Source: Utricularia gibba (Eukaryota > Plantae > Magnoliophyta). From it: a stretch of 64,000 nucleotides of DNA. The DNA is taken from assembly GCA_002189035.1 (NCBI GenBank), contig CM007991.1, positions 2,728,001-2,792,000 of the forward strand, in the 5' to 3' direction. Below are positions 13,513 through 28,540 of this stretch, piece after piece (positions within the stretch are counted from its first letter, which is position 1; each line of letters begins with the position of its first letter). Under the pieces are notes generated by a model. The model searched no databases and was not told where the DNA came from. It saw nothing but the letters and a program-made list of their open reading frames with translations. A program made the position numbers and the translations under genes.

Positions 13513-15429
13513 GAGGTATAGTCACCTGAAGCAACAGATCAGCAACCTAACATACATAAAATATTTTCTAGATTAAGAAAAGCATAGCAGATGATCAGGG
13601 GACACAAGCATCAGCAGGTTGAGTAAAACAAATTCCAAAATCTGCGGAACAATTTCTCAAATCCATAAAAGCAAGAAAGGGGACCTAGATCTAAACACTA
13701 CTCCATCATTTTTCAATAACGCAAATATAACCCAGACGTTGATTTTAATAGAAGAAGATTAACTCCAAGCACAATGCGGAGAAAAAAAAAACATCATTTT
13801 CACACACCAATTTGCTTGAAAAATCAACTAAACTGGGAAGACGTTGAAAAAAGCACATCACAAGCATCTCCATCATCAAATCCAAAAAAAGGTCAAGCGC
13901 ACGTCAATCACTTCTTTGTGCCAGCCAAGCAACCTTCACCTACCATTACTCTAGTTAAAGCATCACAAAAAACATAAAAAACCAGAAGCCGATCAGCATC
14001 TAAACGAAAAAAAAAACTCCAAAAAACCATCGGAAACGAATCAAAAAGTCCCGCAGAGCAACAAAAACAATACGCTCCGCGGAAGCGCTCAAAAGAGTAT
14101 GAAACAAAAGGCGACAGAGAAGCAACGGAATGAAGAGAGCGGCGGCGGAGGCGGAGGAGAGTACCGGCGATGGATGAAGAGATGTGGGGAAGAAGGAGCG
14201 AATGAATGAATATGACAGGGAGCCAAAAGAGGAGGAGTGGGCTGTGCTGTGCTGTGCTTAATATGTGCTTTTTCCCTGCAACTGATCCATGAGCTTTTTT
14301 CATATAGGGTTGCTTTCTCGCTTCTCAATTTTCAGTTTTCATTTTCTTTTATTGTTTATAAATAAATATCAAATTGGATGATTGGCTGGAGTCCTTTGAC
14401 CAGACGACGCTACTCAAGTCATTTTCCTGTTATCTTAATCTTCCTTCCCATTGGTGGGATTCCCATTTTTCATCCGCCTTTTGACTTCTTTTCCTCATAT
14501 TATATACCATTTCCATGACAAGCGAATTTTAATAAACATTGGAAAACATACACATTTCTTTTATTCTTCCCAGGGGTAAAAAGGTCATTTTTTCCCAAAA
14601 TGCTTCCCGTTCAGTGATGGCTACCTAGTTTTCTTTAATGTTTTAAAATAAATCAGACGTAAACTAAATTGAATTTAAATCCATCATTTTTTTAATTTCG
14701 ATTCAAATTTTTACAAAAAAATTGATTTGTAAAAAACATAAGTTAATAAACCCGATTGTAAAAAAAAAAAAAAAAATCAATCAATAATAATAATTAGACT
14801 AGAAAATGAGTTGAACTCATTTATAAATTTTATCCATTAAAGGAATACTTATAAATTCCATAATCCCTCCCCAACAGTACGGCATCTCCCGAATGTTACT
14901 AGCACAGAGCACAGAGCGCATGCAATATCCGGAATTGGAAGAGGAGACTGTGAAAGGCATGTATGTAAAATAAGGTGAACAAGGAAGCAGGCTATCAACC
15001 CAATAACTTCATTGTTTATTTATGATTGTGTATAATGGGACAGGGAAAACTTGCACAAATAATCCAAAGGGAATTTCAAGCATCACAGTGGGACCATGTC
15101 AATCCATACACACAACCACCCACATGGGTCTATGAGGCCTCATTCACTTCATTTTTTATTATTGATGCTATTTATTTATCTGGTCTATAAGAATTTTGAG
15201 TTTTATTCCAACAAAAAAAGAACTAGTTTGATATATGATACATCATGCTTGGGAATGGAAAAAGCAGGAGATATAGAAACACAGAACGATGCTCACATTG
15301 ACTTGAATCAAAATTACGGAACATCAAATAATCAAAGAAAAAGTCGATTGCAAGAAACAACATATATTTTTCACCAGGCAAGGAAGAGTTCATTACGTAC
15401 CTACCAAAATAATGCATGTACACTGCGCC

Positions 15430-17156
<1,727 letters not shown>

Positions 17157-18252
17157 GAGTGTAACCACCTGAAGTCACAGATCAACAACCTAGAATACAT
17201 AACAAGTTGCCAGAGTAAGAACAGCACACAGATGATCAGGGCACGCGAGTGCCAGAATGGACGTTTCACAATGCAGAAACCCTTCCTTAAACCCTAAAAC
17301 AGAAAAAAAAGGGATCTAGACTAACGGCACTTCCATCATTTCCCAGCAGAGACAATACGGAACATACATTAATGCCAAATGAAGAAATAGCTCTAAGCAC
17401 AATGTGGAGAAAACATCCATAATTTCCTCAAACCGGTTGTCTTCAAAGATCAAGCAAACTGTGAAGATGTTCATACAATCGAATCCAAAGGATATCCATA
17501 AAAACAAAATGCCAAACGCACGTGAATCACTTCTTCATCGGAATCCAAATCAACCTACACCTACCATTCCTCCATCAGGCATCACAAAAACAACATAAAA
17601 AACAGTGGCCGATCATCGTCCGAGCAAAACCACGCCAAAAAAACCGTCGAGAACGCTACAAAAGTACTTACAAAAGAAGCAGACCGGATACAGCAGCAAT
17701 AGCGCATTAACGATGGAGAACGAAGAGAAGGCCGGCGGAGATACGTACCGGAAATGGATGCAAAATGTGAGGGAGAAGGACGGAAGGAAGATACGAGAGG
17801 GAGCCAAACGGGAAGTGTGGGGTGCGCTACTACGTGCTTTTCCCTCCCTGCAACTGATCCGTGAGTTCATATCATATCATCATATAGGGTTGCTTTCTCC
17901 AGACTCCAGAGTATTTTTTTTAAAAAAAATACTCCGAAATTCGATTATTGGATAGGGGCGTTTTGACCAACATAGACCAGTCAAGTCGCTTTCTTGCTCC
18001 CCTTCTTCCCCATTTGTCTGTCTCTTCAGTCCACAAGGCCAAAAGGCTCCGCAATCAAGCCCATGGTCTCTCCACTCAGGCCCACTCACTTCAACACCCA
18101 ACCCTCCAAGTCAACTTATCCAATTTTCTATGCATAAAATTTTCATCATTTGCACCAAACGTGTTTAAAAATATTTATATTTAATTTTAAATATTCATTT
18201 TTATTATAATATATTTAAAGTAAAATACTATTTATTCCACTCTCTTTGATAG

Positions 18253-18630
18253 GTGGGACCCTTCTTTTGACCACGAAAAGTTTGGTTGCCCTTTTTAAAA
18301 CAGGGGTAGGTGTCATGAGTGGGGCCCACGCTATCCCCCTTTAGAACAAAATGATTTGGATAGAAGGCAACACGACCCATTTATGAAGGAGGGTTAGTGC
18401 TCGCTCACCATAAGATAAGAAGAATGCATGATCCCTGGATGGGTAGTGCTCTCCGACCACAATGCATGCGCCGATCATCGTGCTATTTTAACCGCCACCA
18501 CCACCGGTCAGTCACCCACAAGGTATTCTTGAGTTGTAGAGACTGAGAGGAGAGCTTCTAGAAGGAGGGTTCGGTTCGGTTCGAGAGGTGGGTCCATGAA
18601 TGTGGAGCACTTTCAAAGCCGGTGGCCCAC
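18253..18630. promoter_or_regulatory. Cluster of TCP-type GC motifs between divergent CDKA copy 2 and the LRR-RLK
   Basis: GTGGGACC 18253-18260, GGGCCCAC 18322-18329, GTGGGTCC 18588-18595, GGCCCAC 18624-18630. Motif match only. Confidence 0.4.
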
Positions 18631-18964
18631 GGGCAGCCGTCTTGGACCCAGACACTCCTGCCCCGTTGACTCCAGCACCTGGACGGGCGGATGTGTTTCC
18701 ACAAAATCCAGCACCACTCATTTCGCTCACTCGCGTTGAAATCTCCTACACAGAAGAATATATTTGTTTTTAAATATATTCGAATATCATAATAAAAATT
18801 AACGTAAATGGTATTTTGTGTTTTTTCAAATTTGGAACTTGTCCTTGTCATCTTTTTGTTTTAAGGGGTGGAAAGAAACAAATTCCATGGAAGTAGTCCT
18901 CCAAGTGCTGTTGCATATCTTCCATCTATAAGTAGGTTTCCTCCCCCTGAGCAAACCTCGCGTC

Positions 18965-18989
18965 TGGTGTGGTGTGGTGTGGTGTGGTG
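18965..18989. repeat. (TGTGG)n microsatellite upstream of the LRR-RLK
   Basis: tggtgtggtgtggtgtggtgtggtg read directly. Confidence 0.9.
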
Positions 18990-19040
18990 TTCCCCTGCCA
19001 GCAACCAACATCTCAACTGCAAGCAACCACGGCGGGACGA

Positions 19041-22000
19041 ATGACTGGACCATCCTTTCTCTTGCCACTCTACAAAATTCTGTTCCTCGTGCTTACACTC
19101 TTACCCCTACGCTCGTCGGTGTATTCACAATTCACATCTGGTGAAGGGGCCGTCCTGCTGAACCTTAAGCGAGCTTGGGGCGACCCGCGGTGCTTAATTC
19201 ATGGAACCTGTCCACGGCGCCGTGCGGCTGGCCGGAGATTCACTGCTCCGGGGATGGTCGTGTCACTGGAGTAAACATCAGCAACTATAATATCACCGGA
19301 GTGATTCCGGATTCCATCTCTACCCTCGGGAGTTTGACTTTTCTCGATCTGTCATACAATTATTTCACCGGAAACTTTCCCACGGCCATCTTGAACTGCT
19401 CTAGTCTTCAGCACCTGGATTTGTCCCAGAATATGTTTGTGGGAAGTATTCCTTGGGACGTCGATCGGCTGACATCACTTCAATATCTCAATCTGGCGGC
19501 AAATAACTTCACCGGTGTTGTTCCTGCGACGATCGGGAATTTAACTCAGCTGAGAAGCTTGTCTCTGTACATGAACCTGTTGGATGGAAGCTACCCAATG
19601 CAGATTTCGTACTTGGAAAATCTTGAAGAACTGGAGATGGCGTACAATAACTTTTTACCGGCCCCCATACCGCAGGAACTTGGTAGGTTGACAAAGCTAT
19701 CTTACCTTTGGATGGCTAAAGCGAACGTGAACGGTGAAATGCCGCTGAGCTTCGGGAATTTGTCAAACCTGGTTCACCTGGATCTATCTTCCAATCATAT
19801 GAGTGGGAATATTCCAGATGGGCTCTTCTTATTGAAGAATCTGAGTAAACTTTATCTGTACAAGAATCAATTCTCCGGCTCAATCCCTCAGGTCATTGAT
19901 GCACTGAAGTTGGTGGAACTTGATCTTTCCATGAACAACCTGACAGGCGAAATCCCAGAAGATTTTGGTAAGCTGCTTTACTTGGAGACTTTGAATCTGT
20001 TTTACAACAACCTTTCAGGACAAGTACCTCCAAGCATCGGCCTTGGACACCGTCTCAGGGAATTCAGAGTCTTTAAGAACAGCTTGAGTGGACCTATGCC
20101 CCTGAAATGGGCAGTCATTCGAAGCTGGAAGCTTTTGAAGTTTCCGACAATTATTTCAATGGGACCTTGCCTGCTCATATGTGCTCTGGGGGGAGTTTAC
20201 TTGGTGTAGTTGCTTTCAACAACAATTTAACAGGAGAGATCCCAGAATCCCTGGGTAACTGTCAGAGTCTGAGAGTCTTGGAGATCTATGGCAACAACGT
20301 TACAGGGGAAGTTCCATCAAGCATTTGGTCCTTGCCAAACCTGACCTATCTGATGCTGAGTGATAACTCATTAACCGGCGAGCTTCCACCCCGGCTATCC
20401 TGGAGCCTGACCCGTTTGGAGATTAGCAACAACAAGTTCTCCGGTGGCATCCCGGTGGAATGTTCTTCTTGGACAAGTTTAGTAGTGTTTCTAGCAAGCA
20501 ACAACATGCTATCAGGTCCGATCCCACCTGAGTTAACTAGTCTGAGTCATCTGACTTCTCTCAGACTTGATGGGAATTCACTTTCTGGTGAATTGCCAGA
20601 TAAAATCATGTCATGGAAGTCCCTTACAACCTTGAATCTCGCCAGGAATGAATTATCTGGACAAATCCCACCATATTTCAGTTCCTTGCCGGGCCTTCTT
20701 GAGCTTGATTTGTCCCAAAACAAATTCTCAGGTCCAATAGCACCTGCATTAGGACAGTTAAAGCTTACTTCTCTGAACCTTTCTTCAAATGACCTCACGG
20801 GGAGAATACCAGATGGGTTTGATAACATGGCCTATGCAAACAGTTTCTCCAACAACTCCCATCTATGTGCTGCAACCAATGCTATTCCCGGAATTCCCAT
20901 ATGTAACCAGATAAAATTCGCAGGGACAAAGAAAGTGTCACACGTAGTTTTAGCAGTAGTTCTTGTTATGGCAGTGTTGCTCATCATCTCTTGCATTCTG
21001 ACAGCCAGAAATATGATCAGAGACTTGAGGACAAAGAAGGTTACCAGTGATCTGGACACATGGAAACTGACATCCTTTCAGAGACTTGATTTGGCCGGCG
21101 TTGACATTCTATCGAAGTTGTCAGAAGCTAACATGATTGGCTATGGCGGTTCCGGAAAAGTATACAAAATCCAAGTTGATCAGATGGGGCAGTTCGTTGC
21201 AGTGAAGAAGATGGGGAGCGATAAAAAGAAGGATCCTGTACTTGAGAAAGAATTTCTGGCTGAAATTGAAATACTTGGTTCACTTCGCCATTCTAATATA
21301 GTGAAGCTCTTATGCTGCATTTCCAGCATAGAGTGCAAGCTTCTTGTGTACGAGTATTTGGAGAACCAGAGTCTTGACAAATGGCTACATGGGAAGAAGA
21401 AGAAGAAGAAAACAGCAACAGTTGCTACTAGTTCTGCTTCGATCTTTGATTTCTCCTTAGACTGGCCAGCGAGGCTGAGAATCGCCATAGGAGCAGCACA
21501 CGGCCTGTGCTATATGCATCATGACTGCAATCCTCCAATTATTCATCGTGACGTGAAATCCAGCAACATTTTACTGGACTCTGATTTCAGTGCTAAAATT
21601 GCAGATTTTGGCCTTGCAAAGACCCTGATCGGAAATGGAAAAGCCCAGGCTCACTCAATGTCAACAGTTGCTGGTTCCTATGGCTACATCGCCCCTGGTA
21701 AGATTTTGCTGCTTGATTTTCCTGACACAAATGAAATATCTCGCATCAAAGAACCAGCTCCTCATTTTCCTGTTCATATCCATCTAATATCACCGGAAAC
21801 TTGTCAAACAACCTGGATGATTGCTGCAGAGTACGCCTATACAATGAAGGTGAACGAGAAAACTGATGTATACAGCTTTGGAGTTGTGCTACTGGAACTG
21901 GCAACAGGAAGAGAAGCCAACTGCATGGAGAAGCAACTGACCCTTGTACAATGGGCGTGGAACCACTACATGCAAGAACATCCAATCAGTGAAGCATTAG

Positions 22001-22254
22001 ATGATGAGATTAAACAATCTCTCTATGTGGATGAGATGACAACTGTTTTCAAACTGGGGCTCATGTGCACAAGCACATCCCCGGCAAGCAGGCCCTCAAT
22101 GAAGGAGGTGGTGCATATTCTTCAACCATGCAAAAATGCCGAGGAGAAGGAGAATGCAAGGAGAGAAAGTGCCTCTGTTCCTCTTCTTCGAGGCGAAATG
22201 AGTAGCTCCATGGAACTTATGAATCAAAGCCAGAACACGATCGATCTAGTATAA
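19041..22254 (+). CDS. HSL3: LRR receptor-like kinase, subfamily XI, HSL3/NUT-like; two apparent -1 frameshifts
   Basis: Signal peptide, LRR array (LxxLxLSxNxLTGxIP), TM helix, WKLTSFQRL, kinase motifs [28 protein letters not shown], with one intron 21698-21829 at GYIAP|EY. Frame breaks at ~19184-19186 and ~20099-20102. The HSL3 assignment is from recalled motif similarity. Confidence 0.85.
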
Positions 22255-24230
22255 AGGTTTGATATAAAATTTTGCCAACTGTAGTTCCGATCCATCATGT
22301 ATTAGTATGAGGGGGTCTTTCGAATCCGTGGTATCCTCCAATGCCATGTCTTTGTACAAAAGGCTGAGAGTCCGGCGAATCTTGTCATCAACAAACAACT
22401 CACCCGCCACAAACTCTTGGAGCATACCATTCATCTCAATCCAACTACATCCTGGTGTCTTAGAGACACCCTTGTGCTTCATCAACACCCGCATTCTTGC
22501 ACAATCTTCCCACCTCCTCATGTCGGCATAGAGTTTTGATGATATAATGTAGTTTCCGGAATTTGATGGCTCTAGTTCAAGAAGCAGTTTACTTGCCTTT
22601 TCACCAATTTCAACATTTTTCAACTTCTGGCAAGCACTTAGCAAAGACCCTAAAAGAATCTCATCTGGCTTTTGAGGCATCCTTTGAATGAAGTCCCAAG
22701 CTTCATTCAACAAACCGGCACGACACAGAAGATCAACCATACAAGAAAAGTGTTCCACTTTTGGAGACAAACCAAAAGATGAACTCATTTGATTGAATAT
22801 TTCACGTCCTTTATCAACTAAACCACCATGAACACAAGCTGAAAGCACTCCAATGAACGTGATATCATCCGGGATTATGTGTTTTTCCTTGTCTAACATG
22901 CGTTGAAAGAGGGCCAGTGCTTCTTCTGCTCGTCCATGAACAGCATGCGCTGTGACCATCGTGTTCCAGGACACTTGATTTCTTTCAGGCATATCCTGAA
23001 ATACTCTATACGCGCTTTCCAAATTTCCACACTTGGAATACATATCAACTAAAGCTGTAGCAACATAGATATTCTGTTGGATACCTCTTCTAGTAGCATA
23101 ATCATCAATCCACTGTCCCTTATCCAGAGCACCTAATGAAGCACACGCTGACAGAACAGCAATCAACGTGATTTCGTTAGGCTCTAGTCCACTTTCCATC
23201 ATGGTATCAAACAACATGACGACTTCTTCTGATTGGCCATTCTGCGCATATCTGTTTCAATTAACCATTTCATACAGCAAGAAATTAGTAGATGCAATAA
23301 GGGATTTTTCAACAGAAAAATTCACATTTACCCAGAAATCATGGCATTCCAAGAGACGATGTCCTTGTTGCTCATGCGATTGAAGACTCTCCTCCCTGAT
23401 TCCAATTCTCCACATTTCCCGTACATGTTGATCAAAGCAGAGCCGATGAAGGAGTTCACTTCCATAGATGTATTCTTTACATGCTCCTCTATCTGCTTAC
23501 CCAGACTCAAGTCCCCCAAATTCCCACATGCAGCAAGGACACTCACAAGAGTCATCTCGTTGGGGATGAATCCTTCCTCCTTCATTCTCCAAAACAATTC
23601 CACAGCATCACCCGCAAAACCCAGCTGCGAATACCCCGAGATTATGGAGTTCCATGAAACCAAATCTCTCACAGACATTTCATCGAACGTCTTCCTCGCA
23701 CACCTCATCTGCCGACACCGCGCATACATTGTGATCAAAGAATGCGCCACGTGAAAATCCAGCAGCAGCCCGAGTTTGAGAGCCTCGGAATGGACTGTCC
23801 TCCCCATCCCGAATTCCGAAAGACTCCCACAAGCCATGAACACAAACGGGAATGTAAAATTATCTGGTCTCACGTCTTGATTCCTCATCTCAGCGAAAAG
23901 CTGTACTGCAAGGTCAAATCTTTTCCATGTCGTAGCAAAACCCCTTATCATTACATTGAACGCGTAGCTATTCGCCGGCACTGTGCTGAAGAAGCGAGTT
24001 GCGTATCCGAAATCCTTCAGTTCAATGATTCTAGAAAGAAGGTGATTCAACAAGGGCAACTGGATGGAGTTGACGACCACTTGGGTGTGAACTTGCTCCA
24101 AGGATTCGACTGATTTGCAGCGCTTCAAGACGAACAAAAGCTTCTCAACGTGACTCTGTTGCTGCCGAAAGCCCCCGGCAACGCACCCCCGGCAGACCAT
24201 CTGCTCATCGTCACCCGGTCTACCAAACAT
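22246..24230 (-). CDS. PLS-class PPR protein, E subgroup (At2g34400-like), one intron
   Basis: PLS repeats (VSWNSIISGY, NALINMYGKCG-type, VEHFSCMVDLLCRAG) and E domain (LELEPSNSGNYIISSK...KTPGCSW). Short GT-AG intron (~23250-23330) at AMISG|YAQNG. Confidence 0.92.
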
Positions 24231-24559
24231 CAACAGACCTGGAAGTTGGCATATTTACGCCGCCCAGAGCGTCCGAGGCCCACCTTCCAAAAGAAGCTTG
24301 CGATTATAAACACGTGGATTTGATGACAAATCCCGTCGTTAATTGCAGCTTAATCCTCCCTGCATACGAACTGCAACAAAATTACCATCATACCGTCCCG
24401 TACTACTTGAAAGGTCCGGCTAAGTTCAGACTAACAATAATGACGGAAAACAAAATGCAACGCGCAGGAACACGACGATGTTTGCTGTTAGGTTCAGCCC
24501 AACAAAGGAACGCATCGAAATAGACTTAGATTTGCAACACACCCACCCGCCTCGGTTCA

Positions 24560-27500
24560 TCAGCTTGGAGGAGAGGATTTGGCGCTGGCGGGTGCAGACG
24601 GGGGCCTAGAGGTCTGGGGAGGTGGAGTTGCGGTAGGGCCACCATGCCCATTTCCACCAGCAGCGGAGGCATCAGAGGGGTAGGCCGGCGTCTGTGAATA
24701 ACCGCCACCATAAGCATACTGGGGAGGAGGATGCTGACCGTACGCGGGCGGACCGGGGTAACCTTGTTGGGATGATGGATAACCGGACGACGGAGGAGGA
24801 GCCCATTGTGCATTGGGGTCAGTCTGCTGCTGCTGCTGCGCTGGAGGAACCTGAGATTGGGGATAGCTTCCTTGAGAGTAGCCACTTGGGGCGGAAGGGG
24901 ATTGCTGTGACTGGCCATATGGAGGCTGCTGAGTGCCTGGTGGTTTCTGAGCTTGAGGTGGTCCGTAATTCCCGTAACCACCAGGGGGTTGTGTTCCATA
25001 GCCACCTTGTGAGGTCGGGGGTGGGCCGTAGCCAGGCTGACCAGAAGTTTGAGCTGGATAATTAAGATTGCTTCCTCCAGCACTATACGGCTGTCCAGGA
25101 GCAGCTGCCGGATTGGTTTCACCCTGTGCTCCATAAGAAGCATTTGCATCAGATGATTGGTTGGACGGGCCACCATAAGAGTACTGCTGCTCATATCCAG
25201 ATCCGGAGTTTGGTGCACCATAATTTGGCTGAGTAGAACCATAGCCATAACTGTCCTGACCATGGCCATGTCCTTGACCATACGCAGGTACTTGACCATA
25301 ATTATATCCAGAACCGTCCGTCGACACTCCAGGGCCTCCATGAGTTGGGGGTGGGGGTGGAGGCGGCGGCTGACTGTAATAATCATAACCACCATGGGGT
25401 GCCTGTTGATTGTGAGTAGACGACTGGTCCCAGCCCGTGGAATACCCACCAGAGTTCGGAGGGGTATAGCCAGAGTACGGAGGCTGATTCATGTTGTATT
25501 GGGGAGGTGGCCCAGAGTACGGTCCAGGCTGCACATAGCCGTAGCCAGGCTGAGGCATTGGTGGGCCAGGCTGCCCCCAATTTGGTGGGGGACGAGCTTG
25601 ATAGCCCTGCTGAGAATAGCCACCAGCCATTGAAGAATTTCTACCACGGTTCTGCACAAAAGCCTTGTCAAATATCAACCAAGGATATAGATAAATAAGC
25701 ACAAAGTACACAAACCAAATTTTGAAGCACAACAGTATAAGGACGTCACAGCCAATTAAAATGAGAAGAGTGATGCAAGATAAGCCCTAGGAATATCCTT
25801 GGAGTGTCAAGTATCACAACAGTTTCATCGAGACAAAGGTTAAATGCCCACATACCGTTTAGATTTCTGCAGACGTCCCATCGTCTTCCTACTCGAAGTG
25901 GGCACAAAAGAAAAGGCAAAGGACAACACTACGACGATAAAAATAACTAAAGGTTTATCGAAAGATAAACAGGCCTAATTTCAACAGCAAGATTCTAAGT
26001 GCATATTAGACAATTGTATGTTAGTTCTTCCATTTGAGTTAGTTCTCCCACGCACAATCATCCAAATCAGTCATTAGACCAGTAGCAGATATAAGAACCA
26101 TGACATCTAGAATAAAGAATTAAAATATATGCCATTAGAGAAAATATTTCTTAACAAGCTATTAGAAAGTTGTACAGCAACCAGAAAGCAAGAGCACCAG
26201 GAGCTAGATATCTCCATCCAGAGAGCTGTTTTGTATTGTGTTTCAAGAGATCTGCAAACTTTTATAATAACAATGGGAAAAGACACAAGGGCACTGTTCT
26301 TTATGTACTAGAGACGGCAGAAAGGATAATGCAGCTTAACAACGTCCTTGATAAAGAGTAGGAGAAAAGCAGAATAACAATAAAGGTGAAAGGCATGTAA
26401 GCATACAAAAAAAGAGGTTGGTAACAATTATTACACAATTTAAACACGAAAAACGGATCTATTGAAAAGCATCCGCTAAGAAGTGATTTGCAAACCTCAC
26501 TAATCACTTCCTCAACCAACTGTTTGGCAGCTTCAATTTGTTCGGGGGTTCCATCAATTTGAACAGTCCTTTCCCTTGACATGTCACCCGGTGGCAAATG
26601 CAGAGGTATCACCTGTATCAAGATAAGATACAGAATCAGATTGTTCTAAACTTGAAAATACATTAATACTCTGGAAATTCGTTGGAATTCAAGTTTTCAA
26701 GGTGCCAATGCACAAATTTTTCGAACAGAACAACCACGTGGTTTTGAATTCTCAGTATAACCAAATCAAACGAAACAAAATCAGAAAAACGGCGGGTTAA
26801 GCAGAAGACCTGAATGCGAGCCCCAGTTGATGCTTGCATATTTTTAATGGTTTCACCACCCTTACCAATAACAAGCCCAACCTGAAAATACAAAGAATTT
26901 GATTAAAGGAAAAGTGCTAATGAACGAATTCGGGTAAGAATGCATAGATAAAAACAACCATCACCTTGTTATTGGGAATCTTCATTACAAACTGATCGGA
27001 TCCAGAAGGTGGGCCAGCTGTTCGACGAGAACCTACAGCAGATGCACCTGCTTCAGCCTGTGCCAAGTGAAGAAAAATCAACAGATGGAATTGAACTATC
27101 GAAAAGTTTGCTTTGACAACAAAAGGCACGAAAGTGGTAATATCAGGAAATATGCAAGCTAGAAAAAGCCTCTCCCCAGAACAAAATAAGCAGGAGTAAT
27201 TTCCTTGCTGGACAAAAAAATAGGTACCTCCGAGAGAACATCATTGATCAGCTGCTCAGCCTTGGAAATTTGATCTGGAGTACCCATGAGCTCAACATCT
27301 CTGGTAACAGAATTAGGGTCCGCATCCATATCCCGGGTCACCTGAATCTTGGCACCTGATTGAAGCTGAAGATACTTGATTGTTTCCCCGCCTTTGCCTA
27401 TGATCACTCCCACCTTGCCATTCGGTATCTCAATCTTCTTACTTGATGCTGAGTAACTGGTGAATGCTGGTTGTGGGGGGCCACCACTGCTAAATCCTGA

Positions 27501-28089
27501 TGTCCTATGGTTTCCTGGAACCGCGTTGCAATAAGAAAAAAAAGGCAAGTAGCCAATAAGGTTCGCAAACGATTGGCTAAGGTAACATAACAATCAGTTA
27601 AACACAAAGCTTTGAAGAAAAATAGTTTTTAAATGCACCAAAAACTGTAAAAGAGCAATAGAGTTACAAAACCTAGCACAGCAACGAATACCTAAACACA
27701 ACAACGAATTCACCTAGCCCCTTACAGTCAATTATTGACGAGTAAGCACCGAGGTGAGTACCGCGGTAAGGCACAAATATAACGTTTAGTTTCTCGATGA
27801 AGCCCAGAAAAAATCCCTTACCGTAGTCATTCGAATCGAATCCTCCATCGGTATTTCCATTTTCAGTCCGAGGCCTTTTCGATGGATCTACGCTATTCAG
27901 AAGTCTTGCCGCGATTTCCTGCGCTTTTCGCTTCGCCAACTCAAACTCGTTCAAGGGTGGAGGAACACTGGTATAGGAAGGCGGCGATGAGAAACCCTTG
28001 GCCATCCCAGGAGCGGGAGACGAGGAATCTTCCGCCTTGCGTTTATTGGATTCGCCGCCGGCGTATGAGTACGCCCCCTGTTCCGCCAT
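24560..28089 (-). CDS. KH-domain RNA-binding protein, FUBP/KHSRP-like, with a G/Y/Q/P-rich C-terminus
   Basis: Two KH GxxG motifs (IPNGKVGVIIGKGGETIK and IPNNK|VGLVIGKGGETIK), N-terminal FELAKRKAQEIAARL, long low-complexity last exon ending at 24560. Confidence 0.92.
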
Positions 28090-28448
28090 CGCTCCTTCGA
28101 CTGAATTCTGAGAGCACTCGTGAGAAACCCTAGATTGAAAATGGACCCCTTTAAAGCACACAAGGTTTTAGTTTTCACAACAAAAAAAAGTGATGATAAT
28201 GTATTTATACCTACTTCAAAACACGCACCCACACACAAAACTAGGTGGGATTAATTGTTACTTGGGCCGCCCATTTAATATTAAATTTAGAAAAAAAGAT
28301 TAGTTTTTACAAGCTCTGTCTTCCGTACAGAAATGGCAGTGAAGGCAAGCTTTATTGACTTAAGAACCCAAGTAATTTGCATAATGCACACACACCGACT
28401 GAACTGATTCCCTTCCTCAGTCAGCCAAGTGAATAAGAATAGAGCAGG

Positions 28449-28473
28449 CAGGCCAGGCCAGGCCAGGCCAGGC
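28449..28473. repeat. (GGCCA)n microsatellite downstream of the GLDP stop
   Basis: ggccaggccaggccaggccaggcca read directly. Confidence 0.85.
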
Positions 28474-28540
28474 CAATACACAGATCTGTTCATGCAGTCG
28501 CCTTCCATGCACCACCAATGGCTGAGGAGCTTGGAGAACT

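Noticed and set aside
21392-21410. (AAG)n run giving poly-Lys in the RLK kinase
   Set aside because: An in-frame microsatellite extending a GKKK stretch already typical of this family.
24526-25633. Long alternative-frame and antisense ORFs (24526-25449, 25157-25633, 24694-25065)
   Set aside because: By-products of the GC-rich low-complexity last exon of the KH gene.
28126-28134. AAACCCTA telomere-like motifs (also ~17288 and ~38250)
   Set aside because: Single copies near 5' gene ends are ordinary telobox promoter motifs, not interstitial telomeric arrays.
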